DNA from: Eledone cirrhosa
Lineage: Eukaryota
DNA: 64,000 bases
Assembly: GCA_964016885.1 (NCBI GenBank)
Contig: OZ024749.1
Location: 11,284,001-11,348,000, forward strand
Direction: 5' to 3'
How positions within the stretch are numbered: position 1 is the stretch's first letter; each line of letters begins with the position of its first letter. The notes below the pieces were generated by a model. It saw nothing but the letters and a program-made list of their open reading frames with translations, had not been told where the DNA came from and made no database searches. A program made the position numbers and the translations under genes. Shown in pieces: positions 1 to 10,000 of the stretch.

Positions 1-184
1 TGATAACAAAGGGTACTGAAAAATATTTGGACCAAAAATACTTGGAAAGCCATCACCAGAGATACAGAAAATAATGCTGACTGGTACTGTCCATGTCCTG
101 AGCAGGGCATTATCAATTTAAAAACTTTGCAAAGACATTTACTCTAGTTTGTACCCTTGTGGCATCATTTGTGTGACAATTGAT

Positions 185-872
185 AATAGTAGTAGTAATT
201 ATTTCTTTTTATTTGCCACAAGGGCCAACAAAAAGGGAAAAATACAATAGACAGGGACAGTGGGCGCTTACAATAAAATCAAGTAAAATATATGAAAACA
301 GATAACAATGAACAAAATTTATAACAATGAAAATTCCCCAATAGGGAGGAGGACCAGCTAGGAGTGATTTAGGAACCCCGCAAATCTTAAACCACCCGAC
401 GCTCCAAATCAGCCAGCATGGTCAGAAGAATGGGCCCATTTACACAAGCCATCTTTGCAACATTCACCTAACTTTGAACAAATGTACTAAGGGGCAGCAC
501 TTCCCTCTCCACCCTCACTTTCTTTTCCAAGTGAAACTTGGAAAAGTTGATGAGGGATTGGCCAAAGAGAAAAGTGTCTGTCTTCAGTCCTTTCAGTCTT
601 GTCCACCACAAAACCTCTTTCACTACAACAAAGGAGAGGAAAACTGCCTACCCTTCCCAGCCAAAACAAGGTGGTGGGAAGATCTTCAGGATGGACTCGT
701 CCAATAACCAGATTCTTCCTACATGTGATAACAGCTGTTCGACATAATTCCACAAGTCAGTAATGCACGGACACTGGACGAGTGTGTGCAGAATGGTTGC
801 ATCGCAGGTCCGTCTGACCACACTTCTGTGCCTGTAGAGTTTATCTCAAACTGGCAGTGGACACGGCTTCCA
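185..872 (-). mobile_element. Decayed 3' end of an L1/Tx1-clade LINE ORF2 (C-terminal Cys/His region) plus A-rich tail
   Basis: One minus frame reads LPV*DKLYRH...TC-ATILHTLVQCPCITDLWNYVEQLL...KEVLWWTRLKG...VRVERE with three in-frame stops, followed by AATAAA and a TAC/TAT-rich end near 185-215. Confidence 0.7.
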
Positions 873-1168
873 AGTGGTATATGCATCAATATTGATTGAG
901 AAAATAATGCAAAGACTAACTGCTTAGATTATATGTGAAATGAGGTCAGACAGCAAATATGTTAGTGAAAGGAAGAAATGGCAGTTAAAGTAGTGAGTAC
1001 AAGAAATACTAGCATAAAACCTCTTTTGATATATTTACACTAAAAATAGAGAATGTATTTATATAGAACTGATTAACATATGAAACTACAGGTGTTAACC
1101 AAATTGGTGACATATTTCACACAAGACACACCACACTCACACAGATGTTTCTGTGTGTGTGTCTGTAT

Positions 1169-1512
1169 ATCATCATCATCATCATCATCATTTTACGTCT
1201 GCTTTTCCCTGCTTGCAAGGGTGGGACGGGAACTGATTCTGGCTTGGTTTCTACAGCTGGATGCCCTTCCTAACACCAACCTCATTTACAGTGAGTGCTG
1301 GGTGCTTTTTTCCCATGGCACCTCCACGACCACTTTGCAGTGGAATAATAGGGACCCGAGTCCCTATCATCTTATTTCTACAGCTGAGTAAACTGGAGCA
1401 ATTTGAAATAAAGTGTCTGGCTCAAGGAAACAACACATCACCCGGTCTGAGAATTGAACTCATAACCTTTCGATTGCAAGCCTAATGCTCTAACCACTAA
1501 GCCATGTGCCTC
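1169..1512 (-). mobile_element. tRNA-derived CORE-type SINE, full length, tail type A, (ATG)n end
   Basis: Reverse complement of the 1722 and 60571 copies: head GAGGCACATGGCTTAGTGG (A box), CORE-like TCCTTGAGCnAGACACTTTATTTC...CTCAGCTGTAGAAAT, ATG-repeat tail. Confidence 0.85.
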
Positions 1513-1549
1513 TCTCTATATATATATATATATTATCCAAGAGAATACA

Positions 1550-1716
1550 AAATATATTGTATATACACAAAGAACATATTTCAAAGAAAAATATTGAGGA
1601 TCGATTACATAGGTTACGGTTTACAAGGTATGAAATAGCGCTATCAGGAATTTTATTTGTTTCATCTAAAGTACATATTTTTCTTTGAAATATGTGCTTT
1701 GTATATATATATACAA
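1550..1716. repeat. Small foldback/MITE-like element with ~35-bp inverted arms; related partial copy at 2326-2445
   Basis: TATACACAAAGAACATATTTCAAAGAAAAATAT is nearly the reverse complement of ATATTTTTCTTTGAAATATGTGCTTTGTATATA; the interior GGTTTACAAGG...GGAATTTTATT recurs at ~2340-2380. Confidence 0.6.
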
Positions 1717-1721
1717 TCTCT

Positions 1722-2107
1722 GGAGGCACATGGCTTAGTGGTTAGAACATTGGCCTTGCAATCGAAAGGTTGTGAGTACAATTTTCAAACCGGGTGATGT
1801 GTTGTTTCCTTGAGCAAGACACTTTATTTCAAATTGCTCCAGTTTACTCAGCTGTAGAAATGAGATGATAGGGACTCGGGTCCCTATCATTCCACTGCAG
1901 AGTGGTCGTGGAGGTGCCACAGCAAAAAAGCACACAGCTCACACTGTAAAGTGGGCATGTAGGCGCCACGGAAAAAAAAGCACCCAGTACTCACTGTAAA
2001 TGAGGTTGGTGTTAGGAAGGGCATCCAGCTGTAGATATCAAGCCAGAATCAGTTCCCGTCGCACCCTTCCAAGCAGGGAAAAGCGGACGTAAAATGATGA
2101 TGATGAT
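1722..2107 (+). mobile_element. tRNA-derived CORE-type SINE, full length, two internal modules, tail type A
   Basis: A box TGGCTTAGTGG, degenerate B box, CORE-like domain, hairpin ATGATAGGGAC-TCGG-GTCCCTATCAT, ends GCGGACGTAAAATGATGATGATG. Confidence 0.88.
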
Positions 2108-2424
2108 TTCTAGCAGAATAAACATCCACTTTTGTGAATATCTCTTGCCTCGTGTTGTACGTAACTACACCATGCTGTTTTAGCTTGGTGTTAGCTTGGA
2201 AATAATCAGGTATATTGTATCATATACTAATTTCCAACTGTTTTCTGTTCCATTTAGTACAGTAGACAATAACCTCTGATGATTGTCTTACATCTCCCAT
2301 AACTTAACTAAAATCGATAACATAGATCGATTTTAGGTTATGGTTTACAAGGCATAAAATAGCACTATAAGGAATTTTATTGTTTCCATCTAGAGTACAT
2401 ATTTTTCTTTGAAATATGTGCTTT

Positions 2425-2575
2425 GTATATATACAATATATTGTATATATACAATATATTGTGTATATACAATATATTGTATATATACAATATATTGTAT
2501 ATATACAATATATTGTATATATACAATATATTGTATATACACAATATAATGTATATATACAATATATTGTATATA
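2425..2575. repeat. Tandem array (~8 copies) of the perfectly palindromic 18-mer TATACAATATATTGTATA
   Basis: Read directly from the sequence; the unit equals its own reverse complement. Confidence 0.85.
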
Positions 2576-3186
2576 TTTAAAGCTGTATACAGCTATGGTA
2601 CGACCACACTTGGAATTCCCATCATCAGTCTGGAACCCCTATCTTGCTCAGAACATTGACCTCCTGGAAACTGTTCAGAGACGTGCAACCAAGCGCATAC
2701 ACTCCATCAGACAGCTTCCCTGGGCATGGATTCATCGAAGCTCCGACGTCTGGCCATGGACTTGGTAAACACCCACAAACTTATTAACCATCTCGCCAAC
2801 AACAACCCTGAGCACCTTTTTGATCTCCATGTGTCTAACACATGTGGACATGCCTACAAAGTCAGAAAACAGCACAGCTCCCATGACTTTCGGAAACATT
2901 TTTTTCACGCTTAAGAGTTGCTGAAGCATGGAACAAACTGCCTGCGTCAGTTGTTAGCTGCCGAGACACTGCATCCTTTAAAACCCTCATGCTTCCCGAA
3001 ATTCGCCAAAACTACACCTGATGTACCCCTTCCATACACATGCACACATGTGTATATCATAACTCATGCACTGTTCATTTTCCTGACATTTGTACATTGC
3101 CCTATGTACTATGCATACACTTTTGATGAGTTGTAGTGCACCTGAGCATTGTACACAATGTTTTCATTATTATTATTATTATTATA
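2576..3186 (+). mobile_element. 5'-truncated CR1-clade LINE (ORF2 C-terminus, 3'UTR, (ATT)n tail)
   Basis: KLYTAMVRPHLEFPSSVWNPYLAQNIDLLETVQRRATKRI ... LRRLAMDL...GHAYKV...RKHFF/RVAEAWNKLP, typical of the CR1 RT C-terminus, with frameshifts; ends in ATT repeats. Confidence 0.88.
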
Positions 3187-3194
3187 TACATTGA

Positions 3195-3335
3195 ATTACT
3201 GGTACTTTATTTTATCGACCCCGTAAGGATGAAAGGCAAAGTTAACCTCGGCGGGATTTGAACTTAGAATGGCAAGGGCCGTAACTCAATGCGGCAAAGC
3301 ATGGTGTCCGACCCTCTACCGATACTGCCAATCCA
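3195..3335 (-). mobile_element. Second tRNA-derived SINE family, partial copy
   Basis: Reverse complement has B box GTTCAAATCCC and core GCCTTTCATCCTTACGGGGTCGATAAAATAAAGTACCAGT; same family as 4830-4997 (+). Confidence 0.75.
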
Positions 3336-3756
3336 CTAAATATTAATAATATTATTATATTATTATCATTCACTCACAAATGTATTTACGTATCTGCCAT
3401 GTTATATATATATATATATATATATATAAGACCCTTTCCTCCTATTTCAAGCGTTAACCTAATATATTTTTTCCATATACTGTACCGATTGTGTTGTTAT
3501 TTTTGTGTATCTTTTACATATATATATAACATACAATAAATGAAAATAAAAATTCAAGATTTCTTTCTGCAGAAGTAATAGATAAATAAAAGAAATGAAC
3601 ATTTTTTTCCCACATTAATAAAGACAGTGAAAGAGGAGTGGGGCTGGACAAATATAGATTTTACCTCTGTGTGTGTTGCGTTTATAGGCAAAAATTACTA
3701 TGACTATGATTACACAAAACTAGCAGCATCGCAACTTATTATTTAGCACAGTAAGT

Positions 3757-3975
3757 TCAGAAGAGGAGATTACATTGGTATGGACATGTGATGTTTATGA
3801 AGAATGACAGCTGCATAAAAAGGTGCAGAGCACAGCCTTGGAGTGGGGGAGACCCAAGAAGACCTGGGATGAGGTAATAAAAGTTGATCTTGCCCAATTG
3901 AACCTCTCAAAGGCAAGGACCGAGACCTCTGGCATTATGCAGTAATGCAGAAGATCCGACTTCCCACGGGTACAA
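3757..3975 (+). mobile_element. Decayed RTE-clade LINE 3' fragment
   Basis: RRLHWYGHVMFMKNDSCIKRC ... GRPKKTWDEVIKVDL, the RTE RT C-terminal motifs WxGHV and GRPxxTW. Confidence 0.75.
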
Positions 3976-4016
3976 GCCGAAGCTGAAGCATATAGACAAT
4001 ATGCCCCCACCCCCTC

Positions 4017-4628
4017 CCACTGCAAAGTGGTCGTGGAGATGTCACGACAAAAAAGCACCCAGTCCACACTGTAAAGAGATTGTGTAGGTGTCACGACAAA
4101 AAAGCACCCAGTCCACACTGTAAAGAGGTTGTGTAGGTGTCACGGTAAAAAGCACCCAGTCCACACTGTAAAGAGGTTGTGTAGATATCACAACAAAAAA
4201 GCACCCAGTCCACACTGTAAAGAGGTTGTGTAGGTGTCACGGTAAAAAGCACCCAGTCCACACTGTAAAGAGGTTGTGTAGGTGTCACGGTAAAAAGCAC
4301 CCAGTCCACACTGTAAAGAGGTTGTGTAGGTGTCACGGTAAAAAGCACCCAGTCCACACTGTAAAGAGGTTGTGTAAGTGTAACGACAAAAAAGCACCCA
4401 GTCCACACTGTAAAAAGCACCCAGTCCACACTGTAAAAAGCACCCAGCACTCACTGTAAATGAGGTTGGTGTTAGGAAGGGCATCCAGCTGTAGAAATCA
4501 AGCCAGAATCAGTTCCTGTATGAGCAAGACAAGGTCACCTGACCTGGCATTGCCCATAACAGGACAACCTGTCTAACCCATGCTAGCATGGAAGAACGGA
4601 CATAAAACGGTAATGATGATGATGATGA
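4017..4628 (+). mobile_element. 5'-truncated CORE-SINE body with its ~48-bp internal module amplified ~8x; tail type B
   Basis: Unit AAAAAGCACCCAGTCCACACTGTAAAGAGGTTGTGTAGGTGTCACGGT, then the shared GTTAGGAAGGGCATCCAGCTGTAGAAA, then tail GTCTAACCCATGCTAGCATGG...(ATG)n. Confidence 0.85.
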
Positions 4629-4829
4629 CAGTATGCTTGGACGATGTGAGAGAACAGTCTCTGGCATGTGATTCTACTTTGTTCCAGCAAACAGATGACA
4701 GAGAAAATGTCACCCCAAAAGATAGCGGGGGAGATGTGTTGAAATAGCCATTCTAACTGGTGGGACTCATTTCTGCAGGTGACCAACTCTGCTATGATGG
4801 TGGTGATTACTGAGGTGGTTGAGGGACCA

Positions 4830-4997
4830 AAAATGCCAGAGCGTCAGGCACCATGCTTTGCAGCATAGTTATGGCCCTTTACATTCTGAGTTCAAATCCC
4901 GTCGAGGTTAACTTTGCCTTTCATCCTTACGGGGTCGATAAAATAAAGTACCAGTAATGTACTGGAGTAATTGCTGGCCTTGTGCCAAAAGTAGAAA
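4830..4997 (+). mobile_element. Second-family tRNA SINE copy
   Basis: GAGTTCAAATCCCG B box plus GCCTTTCATCCTTACGGGGTCGATAAAATAAAGTACCAGT; reverse-complement match to 3195-3335. Confidence 0.75.
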
Positions 4998-5156
4998 TAT
5001 ACTTTTCTCATACCAAAATATAAAAGTGCTTAAAACACTCATATATTAGATTTGTGTTGAGTCTAATGTTGCCTCAGGCTAGGATTACAAGTACATATCA
5101 TCGGGGTTCTTAGACACAGTTGTAGTTAAGTTGAAGCTAAAAGAACAGATAATGGT

Positions 5157-5599
5157 TTAACCCTTTAACATTCACATTAGGTGGTATGGACATGTGATGC
5201 GCATGAAGGATAACCGATGGGTGAAGAAGTGCCAGGAAATCCCAGTAGAGGTAGACCACGAAAAACATGGGCGGGGGTGGTGAGAACAGACCTCAGATCG
5301 TTGAAGCTCACGGTGGAGATGACGAAGGACCGTGGCAAGTGGAGAGATGCTGTGCTGAATAAGACCCGTCCCACCCTTGCAAGCAAGGAAAAGCGGACAT
5401 AAAGTGATGATGATTACTCTAGATTTACTATTGTATTTTCGCAGTAAAGGCTTTATCGCACATAATATTGAATCTATCAGATTTTCATGTTATATATGTT
5501 GAGAACAATACCTTAACATTAGTATGAGTGGCCGGTTATGGCCGGTGTGAACAGAAAGCGGTGAGAGAATTCTGGCCAGTTTAAATGCTAAAGGGTTAA
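5157..5599 (+). mobile_element. piggyBac-type MITE (TTAA target, CCCTTTA...TAAAGGG ends) interrupted by an RTE fragment
   Basis: TTAA-CCCTTTAACATT ... AATGCTAAAGGG-TTAA; interior matches the uninterrupted copies at 54505 and 57744. Confidence 0.8.
5180..5412 (+). mobile_element. 5'-truncated RTE-clade LINE nested in the MITE, flanked by ATTA
   Basis: RWYGHVMRMKDNRWVKKC / RGRPRKTWAGVVRTDL...MTKDRGKWRDAV; ends CCCGTCCCACCCTTGCAAGC...GTGATGATG; ATTA at 5176-5179 and 5413-5416. Confidence 0.85.
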
Positions 5600-6039
5600 A
5601 GTTTTATACGTCACCTGATGACATAAGCTAGTCACATAGTCGTTGTCAAATATCATTTCTTACGTCCCATGCATTAACAGTATCTATTTTAAATTTAAAA
5701 TTAAATAGAAGGAATTTTAGCATGTTGAAATTTAAGAGAGGAAGTTCTAACATGTGATGGAATGTTGAAATTAGTCCAGAAAGAGATACTTATAATTTTT
5801 GTTTGCTTTTCCATGTTTGCATGGGTTGAATGAAAGCCAAAGTTTATTCTGGTGTTTGGGCTGTTAAGTAGGGTGGCAAGTAATGAGAAAGTTTTCTCTG
5901 AGAGAGAGAGACTCATGACTTTTATATTTGTTCTTCCATGTTTGTACAGGTTGATTGAAAGTCTAAGTTTGTCCTGATTGAAAGTATAAGATTCACCACT
6001 TACATGGGACGCCAATCTACTTCAGAGCTAATCCCCAGA

Positions 6040-6220
6040 TGGTTCTGATGGCACTCATTTCCAACTGAGTAAACAAGAGCAACATGAAATGAGGTGCAAT
6101 GCTCAACGACACAATGCATCACCGAATCTCAGAATTGATCCCACATTTCACAAACCTAATCATCATCATCATCATTTAACATCCACTTTCCCTGCCAGCA
6201 AAGGTTGGATAGGTTGTCAA
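6040..6220 (-). mobile_element. Old SINE remnants (CORE segment and a separate (ATG)n tail)
   Basis: CTGAGTAAACAAGAGCAACATGAAATGAGGTG...GCTCAA resembles the reverse CORE; CATCATCATC...ACATCCACTTTCCCTGC resembles the reverse tail. Confidence 0.55.
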
Positions 6221-6705
6221 CAGACCAGCTCAGTACTCAAGCAGGGGAAGAGGGGGTAGCATCTCACATACATTCTGGTACACTACCAAGGACTCAAGTG
6301 AGTAGGGGGAGGGGGGGGGGGGGGGGGGGCAGTATCTTACATACATTCCCACACTCAGATGGGCAAAGAGCCCCACAACTTGCTTACATACTCTAGCAAG
6401 AAGTCTGATGGCCCACAACTCCTTACAAACATGCCCACGCTCTACTATGCATGACACCAATAAAGAAACCATTATTAATAGCCAATCACTAAAATAAAGA
6501 TTGCTTGTTCTAATTATTTCAATTAAATATTCTAGTTTCCTGAGGTATTCACATAACTTTAATATATATATATATACTCTACTGGAGATCTAGAACACTA
6601 AATTTTACTTAGAAATTAAAACTTATAATATATACACAGTTTAAGTGCAGCTTTTATTAAAACTAAAACCAACATGAAACTTATCTCTTCATCATCATCG
6701 TCAAT

Positions 6706-6933
6706 TCTGTCCAAGCTAGCATGGCATAGGCAGGTCTCCTCCAGTACAGTTCTGTCCATGCTAGCATGGCATAGGCAGGTCTCCTCCAGTACAGGAGTTC
6801 TGTCCATGCTAGCATGGCATAGGTAGGTATTCTCCAGTACAGGAGTTCTGTCCATGCTAGCATGGCATAGGCACGTCTCCTCCAGTACAGGAGTTCTGTC
6901 CATGCTAGCATGGCATAGGCAGGTCTCCTCCAG
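6706..6933. repeat. 48-bp minisatellite (~5 copies) containing the palindrome CCATGCTAGCATGG
   Basis: Unit TCTGTCCATGCTAGCATGGCATAGGCAGGTCTCCTCCAGTACAGGAGT, preceded by an ATCATCATC tail remnant. Confidence 0.85.
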
Positions 6934-7000
6934 GAGTTATACGCTTCCTTTGTCATCTCCTTTTCAGGTGTAATTTCTTAAGATCAGCTTTCACCACAAA

Positions 7001-7050
7001 TTCATTATCGTCATCATCACCACCATTTTACATCAGTTTTCTGTGATGTC
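7001..7050 (-). mobile_element. 3' terminal piece of a tail-B SINE; left flank of the large satellite
   Basis: CATCATCACCACCATTTTACATCAGTTTTCTGTGATGTCATGGGTT aligns with the reverse of the 51565-51610 tail (CATCACCGTTTTACGTCCGTTCTTCCACGCTAGCATGGGTT). Confidence 0.65.
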
Positions 7051-10000
7051 ATGGGTTAAAATAGTTGTCATGGGTTAGACTAGTTGTTATGGGTTAGACT
7101 AGTTGTCATGGGTTAGACTAGTTGTCATGGGTTAGACTAGTTGTCATGGGTTAGACTAGTTGTCATGGGTTAGACTAGTTGTCATGGGTTAGACTAGTTG
7201 TCATGGGTTAGACTAGTTGTCATGGGTTAGACTAGTTGTCATAGGTTAGACTAGTTGTCATGGGTTAGACTAGTTGTCATGGGTTAGACTAGTTGTCATA
7301 GGTTAGACTAGTTGTCATAGGTTAGACTAGTTGTCATGGGTTAAACCAGTTGTCATGGGTTAGACTAGTGGTCATGGGTTAGACTAGTTGTCATAGGTTA
7401 GACTAGTGGTCATGGGTTAGACTAGTTGTCATAGGTTAGACTAGTTGTCATGGGTTAGACTAGTGGTCATGGGTTAGACTAGTTGTCATAGGTTAGACTA
7501 GTGGTCATGGGTTAGACTAGTGGTCATGGGTTAGACTAGTTGTCATAGGTTAGACTAGTTGTCATGGGTTAGACTAGTTGTCATGGGTTAGACTAGTTGT
7601 CATGGGTTAGATAGTTGTCATGGATTACAATAGTTGCCATAGGTTAGACTAGTTGTCATAGGTTAGACTAGTTGTCATGGGTTAGACTACTTGTCATAGG
7701 TTAGACTAGTTGTCATGGGTTAGACTAGTTGTCATGGGTTAGATAGTTGTCATGGATTACAATAGTTGCCATAGGTTAGACTAGTTGTCATAGGTTAGAC
7801 TAGTTGTCATGGGTTAGACTAGTTGTCATGGGTTAGACTAGTGGTCATGGGTTAGACTAGTTGTCATAGGTTAGACTAGTTGTCATGGGTTAGACTAGTT
7901 GTCATAGGTTAGACTAGTTGTCATGGGTTAGACTAGTTGTCATGGGTTAGACTAGTTGTCATGGGTTAGACTAGTTGTCATGGGTTAGACTAGTTGTCAT
8001 AGGTTAGACTAGTTGTCATAGGTTAGACTAGTTGTCATGGGTTAGACTAGTTGTCATAGGTTAGACTAGTTGTCATGGGTTAGACTAGTTGTCATGGGTT
8101 AGACTAGTTGTCATGGGTTAGACTAGTTGTCATAGGTTAGACTAGTGGTCATAGGTTAGACTAGTTGTCATGGGTTAGACTAGTTGTCATGGGTTAGACT
8201 AGTTGTCATGGGTTAGACTAGTTGTCATGGGTTAGACTAGTTGTCATAGGTTAGACTAGTTGTCATAGGTTAGACTAGTTGTCATGGGTTAGACTAGTTG
8301 TCATAGGTTAGACTAGTTGTCATGGGTTAGACTAGTTGTCATGGGTTAGACTAGTTGTCATGGGTTAGACTAGTTGTCATGGGTTAGACTAGTTGTCATA
8401 GGTTAGACTAGTTGTCATAGGTTAGACTAGTGGTCATGGGTTAGACTAGTTGTCATAGGTTAGACTAGTTGTCATGGGTTAGACTAGTTGTCATAGGTTA
8501 GACTAGTTGTCATGGGTTAGACTAGTTGTCATGGGTTAGACTAGTTGTCATGGGTTAGACTAGTGGTCATGGGTTAGACTAGTTGTCATAGGTTAGACTA
8601 GTTGTCATGGGTTAGACTAGTTGTCATAGGTTAGACTAGTTGTCATGGGTTAGACTAGTTGTCATGGGTTAGACTAGTTGTCATGGGTTAGACTAGTTGT
8701 CATGGGTTAGACTAGTTGTCATAGGTTAGACTAGTTGTCATAGGTTAGACTAGTTGTCATGGGTTAGACTAGTTGTCATGGGTTAAACCAGTTGTCATGG
8801 GTTAGACTAGTTGTCATAGGTTAGACTAGTTGTCATAGGTTAGACTAGTTGTCATAGGTTAGACTAGTTGTCATAGGTTAGACTAGTTGTCATAGGTTAG
8901 ACTAGTTGTCATAGGTTAGACTAGTTGTCATGGGTTAGACTAGTTGTCATGGGTTAAACCAGTTGTCATGGGTTAGACTAGTTGTCATAGGTTAGACTAG
9001 TTGTCATAGGTTAGACTAGTTGTCATGGGTTAGACTAGTTGTCATGGGTTAAACCAGTTGTCATGGGTTAGACTAGTTGTCATGGGTTAAACCAGTTGTC
9101 ATGGGTTAGACTAGTTGTCATAGGTTAGACTAGTTGTCATAGGTTAGACTAGTTGTCATGGGTTAAACCAGTTGTCATGGGTTAGACTAGTTGTCATGGG
9201 TTAAACCAGTTGTCATGGGTTAAACCAGTTGTCATGGGTTAGACTAGTTGTCATAGGTTAGACTAGTTGTCATAGGTTAGACTAGTTGTCATAGGTTAGA
9301 CTAGTTGTCATAGGTTAGACTAGTTGTCATAGGTTAGACTAGTTGTCATAGGTTAGACTAGTTGTCATGGGTTAGACTAGTTGTCATAGGTTAGACTAGT
9401 TGTCATAGGTTAGACTAGTTGTCATGGGTTAGACTAGTTGTCATAGGTTAGACTAGTTGTCATAGGTTAGACTAGTTGTCATAGGTTAGACTAGTTGTCA
9501 TAGGTTAGACTAGTTGTCATAGGTTAGACTAGTTGTCATGGGTTAAACCAGTTGTCATAGGTTAGACTAGTTGTCATGGGTTAGACTAGTTGTCATGGGT
9601 TAAACCAGTTGTCATGGGTTAAACCAGTTGTCATGGGTTAGACTAGTTGTCATAGGTTAGACTAGTTGTCATAGGTTAGACTAGTTGTCATAGGTTAGAC
9701 TAGTTGTCATAGGTTAGACTAGTTGTCATAGGTTAGACTAGTTGTCATGGGTTAGACTAGTTGTCATAGGTTAGACTAGTTGTCATAGGTTAGACTAGTT
9801 GTCATAGGTTAGACTAGTTGTCATAGGTTAGACTAGTTGTCATAGGTTAGACTAGTTGTCATGGGTTAAACCAGTTGTCATAGGTTAGACTAGTTGTCAT
9901 GGGTTAGACTAGTTGTCATGGGTTAAACCAGTTGTCATGGGTTAAACCAGTTGTCATGGGTTAGACTAGTTGTCATAGGTTAGACTAGTTGTCATAGGTT

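Noticed and set aside
4091-4484. Cys/His/Lys-rich repeat ORFs resembling zinc fingers
   Set aside because: Translations of the amplified SINE module.
5610-5690. Possible next TDH exon (minus-strand AG...GT pair)
   Set aside because: It has a stop in the required frame and no similarity to the expected peptide.
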